Assembly (NCBI RefSeq): GCF_009914755.1
Contig: NC_060930.1
From: the human T2T-CHM13v2.0 reference genome, Homo sapiens
Direction: 5' to 3' (one strand)
DNA: 64,000 nucleotides
The position numbers were made by a program, and so were the translations under genes. Of this stretch, positions 30,965 to 43,779 are shown one piece after another (position 1 is the first letter of the stretch; each line of letters opens with the position of its first letter). The notes beneath the pieces are model-generated. The model made no database searches. It saw only the letters and a list, made by a program, of their open reading frames with translations, and was not told where the DNA came from.

Positions 30965-31322
30965 AAATACTCCTGAGCCAGAAAAGAATGAAGTAATGTC
31001 TTTTGCAGCAACTTGGATGGAACTGGAGGCCATTATTCTAAATGACGTAACTCAGGAATAAAACCAAACACCACATGGTCTCACTTATAAGTGGGAGCTA
31101 ATCTATGGGTATGCAACGACACACAGAGTGGTATAATGGATAGGAGACTCAAAAGGGGGGAGATTGGGAGGAAGGCGAGGGATTAAAAATCACCTGTTGG
31201 GTACAATGAACATTACTTGGGTGATGGATACACTAAAACTCCCGACCTTACCAGAATACAACTCATCCACATAATTAGAAACCACTTGTACTCCTAACGC
31301 TACTGAAATTTTAAGAAAGAAA
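30965..31322 (+). mobile_element. L1PB-type 3'-end fragment nested in the L1MB
   Basis: 'gcagcaacttggatggaactggaggccattattc...aaccacttgtactcctaacgctactgaaat'. Confidence 0.85.
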
Positions 31323-31552
31323 GAGAATAATACCATTTACAATGATAGAAAAATACAATTTCTTGGAAATGCCTTTAACCAAAAAAAAAAAAAAAAAGCA
31401 AGAATTGTACACTGTAAACTGTGAAACATTGTTGAAAGAAACTGAAGAAGACTAATAAATGCAAGGATCTCCTATGTTCATCTATTGAGACATTTTTAGA
31501 ATGTTAATACTTCCCTCAGTGATCTACATATTAAATGCAGTCCCTATCAAAT

Positions 31553-33040
31553 TGATGGGGCCACCAGGCCGGTTGCAGCAGGGAGACATGGCTAGGGCTG
31601 CATTATCAGTGAAGCCAAAGGGAGCTGCGGACAAGTGGGAGCCCTGTTCCTTCCGAGTTGGGGTGATGACACTGCCCAAACCATGGCTGTAAACCCTGGC
31701 CTCCTGTTCCATGGAGCAGGCAGGATCCCCACTGTCCTGGGCAGGGCTGCAGCCGTCCAAGTTGTGGCTACAGATCTGAGCCTCCCTGTGGTCTTGGGGG
31801 GCCGGGAGCAGGCAGGATCCCTGCCATCCAGGTGCAGCTGCAGCCTCCCAATCAGCACTGCAGACTGCGGCCTCCCACTCCATGGAGGAGGCAGGAGCTC
31901 CGCCCCTTTGGGCCCGGCTGCAACCCCACAAACCATGACTGCAGACTCAGGCATTCCTGCACTCTTGGGGTCCCTGGAAGAGACCCTTGCTCTCACAGGC
32001 TCGGAAGTGCCTGGCTTCTCCCTGCTGTTGGCACCTGGCCGGGGCTGCATGTTCCAGTAAGCCAGCAAGAGCTGGGGACAAGCAGGAGCCCTGTGTCTTA
32101 TGAGTAGGCTGGGCAGGAGCTCCCCTCCCAGGCGCAGAACCCTGTGTCTCTGCAGTGTGCACCCTGCACCGCACCTCCACCCTCTACTTCCCAGTCCCGC
32201 AGGCTCCGGAGTGTCTGTTCTCACCGCTGCAGGCTTGGGAGTGTCTGCTCCGACTGCCTGACCTCGCTCTGCTCCCACAGCCCCCTCCAATCTAGGAACT
32301 GGGCTGGGGCCCAGCCTGGGCACTGCCACAGCCCTGCTGGGTGTTTGCAGGCTCAGGGCAGTGCTGATATGCCAGGCCTCGGCACCCTCAGGAATTTGGG
32401 GCCCACCAGTCTGAGAGGGAAAGGCGAGGTGGGGCTGAGGGTGGCTCCTCACTGGCCTGCAGGTGTCCCTTCTTACAAGCAGCCCTGGCTGGAGGCAGAC
32501 AGGCTCCTCTGCAGAAAGGGGAGGGCCCCCAGGAAGGCCTCACCTACAGGCCAGGGAGGGCCTGAGGGATGGGGTCCAGGCTCAGTCCCACAGACCAGAG
32601 TGGAAACTTGTGGTGCCTTTTCTGGGCCAGTCAGCAGGCACTTCCTCCCTCCCCTTAGAGGTATATGAAAGCCCTGGACTCAGCCAGAGCAGGGCAGAGG
32701 ACGGAGAGGTGGGGGGATCAACTGCGGAGAGGAGCAACCCTCTCTGCTAGGAGCTGGGCAGACATCGGGAGGACCATCTGCATAGAGAAGATACCCTCTC
32801 CAGGTCTCCTCTCTGCTAAGAGCTGCAGAGACAACAGGATGTCCTGGCTACAGAGAGGAGCTACTCATTGCCTGTCTCTTCTGAGCTGTTCTAACAGTCA
32901 ATAAAGCTCTTTATCTTGCTCACCCTCCACTAGTCTGCGTATTTAATTCTTCCTGGATGCAGGACAAGAACACAGGAAAAGGCACCACCAGCCACAGAGG
33001 TTTCCAGCCAGAGAAGTGACACCCCAGAGATCCCATAACA
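31553..33040 (+). mobile_element. MER52-family ERV1 solo LTR (~1.49 kb, GC-rich)
   Basis: TG...CA termini; AATAAA at ~32900; end 'ccacagaggtttccagccagagaagtgacaccccagagatcccataaca'; host L1 sequence resumes on both sides. Confidence 0.85.
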
Positions 33041-35333
33041 AAAATACTATCTTGCTTGCTTTTTTTAAATATAAATTGTAAGCTAATCCTAAAATTTATA
33101 TGGAATTGCAAGCAATCTCAAACAGCCAACCAATCTGAAAATAAGAAATCACAATTCTCAATTTGAAAACTTATGACAAAGCAATATTAATTAAGACAGC
33201 ATACTACCAGTGAAAGTAGACACGTATAAATAAAAAAGCTACAATTGAGAGTCCAGAAATAAACCCATGTGTCTATGGTTTAACTGATTTTTGACAAGTG
33301 TGCCAAGAGCATTCAACGAGGAAAGAACTATAATTTTAGCAGGTGGTGATAGAACAACTGGATTTCCGCTTTGCAAAGCAAAGAAATTGAACTCTTACCT
33401 CACATCATATACAAAAAATAACTCAAAATGGACCACATTACTAAATTAAGAACTAAAGCTATACAACTTTTAGAAGAAAACGTGAGGCTTAAACTTTATG
33501 ACCTAGGATTTGGCAATGGAATCACAGATTTAACATCAAAAGCATGAACGACAAAAGAAGAAAATAGATGTTAGATTTATTCAAAATTTCAAAATTCTAT
33601 ATATTTTTTTTCTGGTGTACCTCAAGAAAATGAAAAGATCTATAAATGGGAGAAAATATTTATACATTATCTTTCCAATAAGGGGTTTTTATCTAAAACA
33701 TGTAAAGAATACTTTCAACTCAGTAATAGTTAAACAAATAATCTAATGAAAAATGGCCAAAGGATCTGAGCAGATATTTCTTCAAAGAAGCTATTCAATA
33801 AGCACATGAAAAGATGCTTATTAAAGTATACAATTTAATGTCATTAGCCCCCACAGAAATGCAAATGAAAACCACCATGAAATACCTCTTCCTATGCACA
33901 TACAGAATGACTGGTAATCATAAAGTTAGATAATAACAGGTGTTGGTGAGGACGTGGAGAATTCAGAAGGCTCATACATAGCTGGTTGGAATGTAAGATG
34001 GTATAGTCACTCTGAAAATCAGTCTGGCCACTTCTGAAATGGTTAAACAGATTTACCGTTTGACTCACTGATTCCACTCTTAGGCGTATACCTAAGAGAA
34101 TGAAAAGAAATTTCCCCTCAAAACTTGTACATGAATGTTAATAACAACATTATTCATAATAGTTAAATTGTGGGAAGAAATAAATTTCCATCAATTCATG
34201 AAGGGATAATCAAATGTGGTATATTCATACAATACAGTATTATTCATCCATGAAGAAGAGTGGGAATGGACTCCTGATGCATGCTACAACATGGATGGAC
34301 CTTGAAAACATCATGCTAGGCAAAAGAGGGCAGTTACAAAAGACCACATGTTGCATAATTCCATTTATATGAGATGTTCATAAGAGGAAAATCTACGGAG
34401 ACAAAAATAATTTGATAGTTGCCTAGGGCTGGGGGAATGGAGGGGTGACAGATAAAAGTTATAAGGTTTATTTTTGAAGCAATGAAAATATTCTACAATG
34501 AACTTTGGTGGTGTTTTGCTAATATAGGTATAAAGGTATAAAAAGTAAAAGGGTGACCAAGAAAAGGTATAAGGTTTCTTTTTGAGGTAATGAAAATATT
34601 CCACAATGGACTTTGGTGGTGGTTGCTAATATCTGTGGATATTTTTAAAAAACATTAAATTGTACACTTTAAATGATAAACTTTGTGCTATATGAATTAT
34701 ATCTCAATAAAACTGTAACTGAAAATTAGTCTTCGAACAGAAAAGAAACAATATGCTCAAAGAGAGGGCAAACAGTTTACGTTTTTCTCTACTACTGTGC
34801 TCTCTTGTTTCAGGCCTCCCTTCTTTCTGTAAAGACAGATTTTTAGTACAAAAATTCTCATTAGTATTGGCAAGATTTTTGGCCAGAAAGGGCTCTTCAA
34901 TGAAGACCATAAATATATTGTTGTGGTCTTTACTAGATTAATGGATGTACTTTTCTTTCCACTTGAGAAACATTCCGATGACTAGGGCAAACAAGTCCAT
35001 TTTTTTTCTTACTTAGAAATTCAGTAGAATGCCAGTGACTGTGTAAAATGGTAAAGTAACTTACAGATTTTGAACCTGTTAATGTTATAGAATGCAATGA
35101 TACTTAGCAGAGTAAAGAATCGTAAGAGTATAGATGCAAAAGGGAGCCTGCTACCCCATCCAACATCTTAGACCACCAGAACGGAGCTACTGAGAGAGCC
35201 AGGAGGATCTGACTGTAGAAGTCACATCAGTCCCTCCCAGATCCAACCTGAGTGAGGCACCATCCTCTGTTCCTTTTTCTGACATTACTCATAGACTCAT
35301 GCTTTATTTCACACTGGGATTCAAAAGGTTTCA

Positions 35334-35352
35334 GGAAAATCCGGGATTTTCC
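35334..35352. promoter_or_regulatory. Palindrome containing an NF-kB consensus site (GGGATTTTCC)
   Basis: GGAAAATCC-G-GGATTTTCC; matches GGGRNNYYCC. Motif only, function unproven. Confidence 0.35.
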
Positions 35353-36175
35353 AATAGTGATTCAAACTGAAAGATGAACATTTATAACATTTATACTGTG
35401 TTAACTTAAGTAACATGATCTATGTGGGTTTTACTCCCACAGAGAAATGATCTGATTGTTTCTGTTAGAGTGAGTAAAATTTTGCGTACTACAGCTGAAG
35501 TGTGAAAGGCAGGGTGCTAAATGCAAACAGTGAGTGAAGCCTTGAAAGGAAAGAATATGCTGAATCTGTTAATAGAGTAGTTGAAAATATACATGATGTA
35601 TATTCTCGATTCCACACTAGGAAGATGGTCATTCCTGGGTAGTTTTCGTTTTTCATTTTAGACCATGCACAATGACTTGAGTTCCAGAATGTGTTTATTC
35701 TCCCAAGGAAACTATTTATCACATTATTTTGGTTTGCAGTTTATTCTAAAATTATTTGCCATGAATACATAGCTATTCTATTTTCTATTTCAGGGTGATG
35801 GTATAGACTCAGAATACTTGTAGACTTCTAATACAAATCATCCCAGATTTTTAGTAAAAGTTCTTTTCTCTGATATGCATATAATTGACTTTAATATTTT
35901 TGTCTTCTATCAGATCAATGCAATCTCTTTTAATTGGACATTCCCTTTAAAGAATAAAGAGGGGACAAAAGAAGAATATAACATTACATAATTATAATGT
36001 GTAGAAAGCTATGCCTTAGATAACACAACTCAATTTTTTAAAGAAATAAAGCAGATTTCATCTCCTTTCAATACTGAAAAATAGCTTCCTATTTAATTAT
36101 TTTCCTGACAGATACTGAGAAGTACCTGGAAGGGCAAAAAGACTAAAAAACATTTTTTCTTTCAGAGTAGGAAGG

Positions 36176-36195
36176 GGGAAGTTCCCAAAGTGAAA
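36176..36195 (+). promoter_or_regulatory. NF-kB consensus (GGGAAGTTCC) adjacent to IRF-like AAAGTGAAA
   Basis: Motif match only. Confidence 0.3.
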
Positions 36196-38495
36196 ATACT
36201 TGTATTTAAAAAGTTAGATTAAACATTCTTTATGTGTTACATTATTGCTATTATGAAGCCAGAATTTCACTGTAAGATATTTGAATTGTGTGCTACTTGA
36301 TTGTGTTTGTCATCAATATTTCTTTCTTTACCACCAATATATTTTGTAAAATGATGGTGTGTTTGGAACCCACACTAATTGACCTGTTATTTCTCCTAGA
36401 AGTAGTCCAAAAGTGATGTGCAACCTAAAAAACAAACAAAACAACAATGGGGGAGCATGTGGCAACTAATTTTTTTTTTAAATAATAAAAGAACAGAGAA
36501 TAAGGGAAACCTAAAAGAAGAGTTCTGGCAACCTCAACATTTGATTAGTTTCTTTAATATTGATTTAAAATAGCGGTTGATAAAAATAGGGAATGGTCAC
36601 TTTTGCCTGTGTCTTCTGCCTGTGTCAAAAGAAGCATAAGACACATCAGTAATCAGATGGTGGAGGGACTTAAAACATTAAGCTAAACAATATTGTTATG
36701 TTCTGTAGGGAACCTAGGAATGCTTTTGGAAAGGAGACTGCAGTTTTCAATCAGAATAATAATATTTTTATGATCTTAAAATGTTGGCTGTATTACAAAT
36801 TGTAAAAACATTAATATTTTAAACACAAAAACATTTAAGTATTCTTGCTATTTTACCTGAATTTGATGTTTGGCAAATGGTCCATTCAAGTCATTAAATA
36901 GTTAACATTAAAATCAATTCAGTCAAAGCAATGTGTAAAAGGAATGAGCAAATAATGACACAGCCAGAAAGGATGTTGGGGCCAGAAAACAAAGAGATTC
37001 ACAGAGTAATCAATGGCATTTGCATTCAATTTATTTTTGTCAGGCATTCACTGTTTTGTTACTTGGTTTATTTTAATATACTTTATTATAAATCTTAACT
37101 AAATTTGATTTTTAATGAAATTAGAACTCTGTAAAACCAAAAAAGAAAAAAAAATCTCATCTCTGATGTGAATTCACAAAAGACAGTAATGTCTTTTGGC
37201 ATTTCCCCCGAGGTAATGATTTTATTTGGTTTGCTTTCATTTTCATCTTGTGAATGAATCTTTTATCTATCAATTCAATATGTAGATCCATCTACTGACA
37301 AGGTTTCAGCAGCATTCGTATTTGATGGGGCTTAATCAAAGGAAAATTAAAAAAATACTTGTTTAAATTCAAGTAGCCATAAACATTGCTAAAATAAACC
37401 AGACTTTTCTGACGACTCCACATTTTTGCATTAGATGTCTACTAATCTTTATTATCCCTTGGTGGCTAACACAGAGCTGTGCATCTAGTCCATGCTCAGG
37501 AGTGTCACAGAATTGAATGAAAGTTTATAACTTGTTGAAATGTTAAAGGGATGACTAAAACAATGTACAAAAGAGATTTATAAAGTCGGAGCAGCCTTAA
37601 GTATGACTCTACTAAAGTCATCACTGAAAGAAAAAGGAAGTCGGAACTAAAAATCTTTGAGATAATTTTTGAGGATTTGTAACTAGAAAATATTGCAACT
37701 TTGGCACTTTTGAAAATGTCCAAACATCCGGTCCGGTCCGGTAACATATAAATATGGTACATTGAAAAGATACAAAGTCACACAGTGGACAAGTTAATGA
37801 TACAAAGAAAATAAAGCCTAACTGGTTAACAGTCATTCAAGTCTTCTGCAATAATCAAAAATGTATCACAAGAGAGTATGAAATTTTTGATATACACTGT
37901 AATCACTCAAATTCACACCAAACAAGCCACATTATTTAATCTACTATTGATCATTCTTTTGTTATTCAAACTGGGTGGGAAGGTTGTAAACATCCAATAA
38001 ATTTTGTTTACCATATGAATAGGATATTAAATCTAACTAATTAACTAAACATTAGCTGTAAATGTCAGTCTTGTAAGATAGGAAACATAAATGAACTCAG
38101 GCTCTTTTCAAATATTTAAACACATACCTTAGTTGAGGGGATAATGTTCTTGGTTTAGGTTCTCCCTCTCCCCTTTTTTTCATCTTTCTGAATTGAAAAA
38201 TATAATACATCTGAAAAAAAGTAAACAAAACATAAATATATGGCTTAACAACAATATAAAAAACATTCCTGTGCAATATTTTCACTAGCAAGTATTTCCA
38301 TTAGCTCAATTCTATCTGTACTTAGAGATCATAGCCTCATTTTTCCCCAGAAGTAACCATTATCCTGATTTTGGAAAGCAATCTGATGCTTTGTGCATAA
38401 ACACATACTTAGTATTTGTGGAAGCAATTCCATTCCCACATATTTATCCAAGGATAAAGGAAACATGTGAACATAAGAAGACCTCTATGTGAATG

Positions 38496-38671
38496 TGATA
38501 TGAGAGGGGGGCAGGAAAGTGCCGGTTAGAGAAGGACAGGGTCCCAGGCCAGGGCTCCACCCTAGGGGTAGTGTCCACGGACTTAAGTGAAACCAGGCGC
38601 TCCTGTTTTCATGCCCACATGCTTCATTTTGCACCTGGCCCGCCTGTGTGATCCTGTGCCCATTTAAACCC
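38496..38671 (+). mobile_element. LTR1-family (ERV1) 5' fragment
   Basis: 'tgatatgagaggggggcaggaaagtgccggttagagaagg...agggctccaccc...atcctgtgcccatttaaaccc'. Confidence 0.75.
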
Positions 38672-38834
38672 ATGTGATGATCCACTCACATGGCAGGTCT
38701 TTTCAAAGAGGGACAACCACTCTATAGGGTAGCAAGATCAGTCACACCATTCATTAAAGAAGACTTTCCTCCCAGGGCTCAAGAAGCGTGTAAACTCTAC
38801 CAAAAGACGCATCATTTACCTTGATAGGACTATA

Positions 38835-38965
38835 ATTGTAACTCATTGATTCCACAAAGAGCTACTGAGCACTTTCAAAGTGCCAGCCACTGTTTCATGC
38901 ACTGGCATTCCAGTGGTAAACAAGAAAAAAAGATAGGGAAGGACATTTATCCTCAAGAAGCAAAA
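38835..38965 (-). mobile_element. L2 remnant
   Basis: 'actgagcactttcaaagtgccagccactgtt...cagtggtaaacaag...cctcaagaagc'. Confidence 0.65.
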
Positions 38966-39254
38966 ATGCTGGTCTGGCTCAGTTTATGCAAGTGCTGCCA
39001 AGAGTGAGCCGGTGCTTTTCTAGCATCATCTCTCCTTCTTATATGTTTTTTGTCTATAATAAAAATAACCTTAATATTTTATAATAATGGGAACAAAGTT
39101 TTTTAAAAGAAAAATAGGATTTCAAAGAATCAAAAGGAAGATGTTAGAATCACCTGTATTCCCACTTCTCCGAGGTAATTGCTGTTAGTATTCTGGTACG
39201 TTGTTTTACATACAATTACACATGCATATTGTCATTAAAAATATTATCTTGCAT

Positions 39255-39395
39255 ATTAGTGATGGATAGATAAATATGATAAAACAATACAGCAAATGTT
39301 AGAATTGTGGGCTCTAGGCTGATGGGTATATGTGTATTCACTGTAATGTTCTTTTAACTTTTCTGCATGCTTGAAAGTTTTATTCATAATATTTT
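39255..39395 (+). mobile_element. L1M 3'-terminal remnant
   Basis: 'gatgggtatatgtgtattcactgtaatgttcttttaacttttctg'. Confidence 0.65.
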
Positions 39396-39399
39396 AAAC

Positions 39400-40087
39400 A
39401 ATGCTCAAAATCTACATAGCATCATTCTTCCAATTTTCTTTTATTTTTTCAAGATGTTTTTAATCTTATAGCTGCTTTGCATTTCTAGATACACTTTAGA
39501 TTTTAAAATGATCTTGACAATTCTTACCAAAACAAGAACACAAATTTTTTGACATTGAATTGGATTGTGTTGAGAAAAATTAACGTATTAAAAAGTTAAG
39601 AACATGATGTAGTATGCCGCTTACTTCAGTCTATTATATTTCTCCCAATAGTGATTTCTATTTTTCTGTGTAATGCTTTTACACCTATTTTATGATTATT
39701 TTAAAGCATATTTTTTATTATTCTGTGAATGGTATTTGCTAATTTCTTTTTAAATTATTGTGGTATATGCAAATATATTTAATTTTTGTACATTTTTTAT
39801 TTTGTAAGGTTGCTAAATTACTTTTTCTAGTAGTTTTTGTAGATTATTAAAGATCATGTATGTACACAATTATGTTGTCTAGAAACAAAAAATAATTTTA
39901 TTCCTTTCTTTTTAATATGATGATTCATACTTATTTGTCATGCTTTATTTTGATGGCTAGGACCTCCAGTGCAATACTTAATTGAGATGGTAAGAGTGGG
40001 AACTCTTGTTAGGTTCTTAATTTTAGGCAACCAAACTTTCTGTATATAGAAACATTTTCCATACTATAATGGCAACATATATATGTT

Positions 40088-40127
<40 letters not shown>

Positions 40128-40154
40128 AAAAATATATAAGATATATATAGTCTA

Positions 40155-40186
<32 letters not shown>

Positions 40187-42085
40187 GCTGGTTGTATGTT
40201 TTTTCTGGATGGCATTTATTAGATTGAGAAATACCCTTCTACTGCATTAACGATTTCTACTATGAATGTTGAATTTTATCAAATAATTTTTCTGGATACG
40301 GTTAGTTGATCATATGGTTTTTCTCCTTTATTTGCTTAACATGAGGAATTATATTGACTGTTTTTAAGTCAAGTCAATCCTGTATTCCTGGAATCTACTG
40401 ATGATTTTTTATAAACATATATTAGAATGTTTGATTTCTTAATGACATTAATTTTGGCACCTAACTTATGAGCGATATTGGTCTATAATATTCTCTCTTG
40501 TAATGTTATTCTCAAGTTTTACTTTAAAATAGTATTCTCACAAAATGATTTGTGATAGTCTTTTTGTCTCTATCTTCTGAAAATATTTTTGTACGATTTT
40601 TATATCTGTCTTAAATGTTTGACAACGTTCACTAGTAAAGACATCTGGGCCTAGAACTTTTTTTCTGAGAAGTTTTTCAGTTAAAAGTACTATATTTTAA
40701 ATTGATGTAGAGCCCTAAGGGTTTTCTGTTTATTTTTTAGTCAGTTTTGGTACTTTTTTTTTTTTAATTTACATTTCATCCAAGTTGTCAAATTTATTGA
40801 CAAAATATTGCTCATAATATCTTCATTATTATTTTTCAAAGTCTTTGAGATAATGATATCCTTTTTGTAGCCTTTATATAGAAATTTTGCCTTGTCATCT
40901 TTTTTTCTTCTATATTTCTAGGGGTTTATCAATTGCATTATTTTTTTCTTTATTTTCTCTATTGTTTGTATGGCTTTTAATTCAGTGATGTCTGCTATTC
41001 TCTTTATTATTTCATATCTTCTACTTTGTTTTATTTATACTCTGGTTTAAATGTGCTCTTTTTCTAGTTTTTTAGGCAAAAGCTTAGATCACTAATTTTT
41101 AAACCTTTCTGTTCTTTTACAAATAACTTTTAAATTCATAAATGTTTCTCTGAATTGTTTCAGCTTCATTCCACAAATTTTGATACTTTGGGATTACTAA
41201 TTATTCTAAAAGTTCTCTTATGATATCTTCTTTGATCCCTGGGTTATTTTGTTACTTATTTTTCATATTTTGGATTTTTAAAATATCATATTCTATTCTA
41301 ATTTAACACATTTTTTGGTCAGATACTTTACTTGTTTTATTCAAATCATTTTAAGTTTATTCGAACTTTGTTTATATTCTAGCATATGAAAAATATTGAT
41401 AAACATTTTGTTTATTTTTAAAGAATGTATATTTTATAGTCATTAGTTATAATGATAATGGATTATCAGTTAGGTAAAGTGGTTTTATAATGTTGTCCAA
41501 ACATTCTTTATTCTTATTTTTTATCTATTTATTTTATTAATTATTGAGAGAAGAGTATTAAAATCACACTTATATTTATAAATTTCTTTAATTCTCCCTT
41601 CAGTTTGACAAGCTTTGCTTCCTAAATTTTGAGTTGTTATTAGATTTTTGCCACTTAGAGTTCTGGTGTATCCTTGATGAATTGACCCTTATGTAACTGT
41701 GAAATGACTCTCCTTATATAGTGAATAATTATTATTTTGAGGTCTTTTTTTCTGTTATTAACATAACCATTCCAGCTTTCTTGTTCTTAGTGGTTTGATA
41801 TTATATATTATTTATTCCTAAATTTTCAACCTGTCTCTTTTTCTTTTATAGTATTTAATCTGTGCCTCTTAATAACATTATATAATTTGTTTTTTATTTC
41901 TTTCCAGTTTAATAGTATCTATCTTGGACTTTGGCCAATTTCCACTTAATATAACCATCACGTATTTCAGTTCAATTCCACCCACTGGCTATTTGTTCCT
42001 GTTTGTCCAGCCTGCTGTTTTTATATTCCCTTCATTCTTACCTTTTAGCATATAAATAAATGATTGTAATATTTTATTCTAAATC
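39400..42085 (-). mobile_element. Ancient L1M ORF2 fragment, antisense
   Basis: 'ggctaggacctccagtgcaatac', 'gttgaattttatcaaat', 'gatgaattgaccctt'. Confidence 0.85.
40077..40180. repeat. Two (TA)n tracts
   Basis: Read directly. Confidence 0.97.
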
Positions 42086-42087
42086 AT

Positions 42088-42345
42088 TGTAGTGAATACT
42101 ATGGAGTACTGTTCAAGATCACATTTTCTGGGTCAAGGTATTCATTTCTTCATCTACCGGGACTCTTGACGGCTAAAGGCTCACCTCTGAGTCACTCATT
42201 AGGCTCTGCCTTCAGCAGGAAGCAGCTGCTTTGCCCAGGTGTTTGCCCTCTTCTTAGGGTTAGCCAAAATCTAATGACTGGTTGATGCAGGAGTACACAG
42301 TTTTGTGCCCCCCCCTTATCAGCATTCAGGATATCTCTAAAGTGC
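42088..42345 (+). mobile_element. LTR16-family ERVL LTR fragment
   Basis: 'tgtagtgaatactatgg...gctgctttgcccagg...ctaatgactggttgatgcaggagtaca'. Confidence 0.7.
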
Positions 42346-43779
42346 TTTGGAAGAAGACAGGGTCACTCCTACTTCCACCCTTTGGTTCTCTGACCTCTAA
42401 TCCCTATATATTGGTATAACTGTAGCATATTCTCTTTCTCAGTCAATGAGCTATTAGTTTTGCATTGATTTCCTATTTTTGTGGCCTTTGAGACACAGCT
42501 TTGACTTATTAATGTCTGATAACATACTTCAGCTTTGTTTACCCTTTCCCCTTTTTGTAATATTTTTGTAGAAATTTTAAACATGTGTCTTAAAATCATT
42601 TAGGATATTATTACTTCTGTTTTATACATCAATATTCATTTAGTTTTATTCACATATTTTCTGTATTCTATTGTCTTTATTTCCTTGCACACATTAATGC
42701 TCTCATGCATTGCCATTTTCATTTAACCTGAAAAATATATTTTCCTGTTTTATTTCATGTTCGCGGCTGCTGACAATTTTTCCCAATTGAAATGTATTTA
42801 TTTCACCTCATTTTTGAAGGCTATTCTAACAGAAAGTCTAGCATAGTAGATATTTTATTTCATCAATTTGAAGATATGGTTTTATTGTCTGCTAGATACC
42901 ACTTAATCTGGCTTTCTTTACATTTATTTTTCTTTAGATTGGCACCACTTCCTGAATCTCTGGCTTGTGTATTCAGTTTTAGAATAATCTTAGAATTTAA
43001 CCTTCAAGATGCTAGGCTTACTCTTCTGGCTTTATTTTTTCTGTTTTATTATTTGTAATATGGTATCTGTAGATTATATTGTGGTTATATTTAAACAAAG
43101 ACAGCTGTGTTGCTTTCTTTGCAGGTTTTATAATATTTGCTTATTGCATTTTTTTCTAACTGACTGTAATTTTCATTACAATGTTGAATATGTTGAATAA
43201 AAATAGTAATGTAGGGATAAAGGGAATGCATGTTTATTCTTAACTAAAAACAAATTTGCCTACATTTTATTATGTAGTATGTTACTGGTATTATGTTAAC
43301 TAGAATTTTCTCATTTCTGAATATCAGTTTAAGAAACTTCTAGTTATTACAATCTTCCAGTGAATTTTATCATGAAAGACTATTGAAATATATTGCCATT
43401 TTTGTGATTTGTGTTTATCTCCATTAATCTGATAATATAATGTTATTTTTTAATGCTATTAGAACTTTTGGATAACTACCTTCTTTATTATTATATTTTA
43501 TATGCAATGGACTTGATTTGTCTATACTTTGTTTAGAATTTTTATAATCATGATTAGGAGTGATATAAGATTATGATTGTTATGCTTATATTAATATAAC
43601 ATCCTCATTTAATTTGTTCTTACCATATTACTAACTTCATTAAATTATTTGAAGAGGAGTCCCCACTTTTTCTACTCTAACACTTTTCGTACTACTGTGT
43701 GTGCTGGGTATAGATAGAAATGATCTGTTAACTGTGGTAGAAAGCATATTTCAAAGTATCTGAGTCTGTATGACAAGAT

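Noticed and set aside
31501-32904. Cluster of overlapping 77-286 aa ORFs on both strands
   Set aside because: All lie in or overlap the GC-rich MER52 LTR, where stop codons are scarce; the Pro/Ala/Gly-rich translations have no recognisable domain
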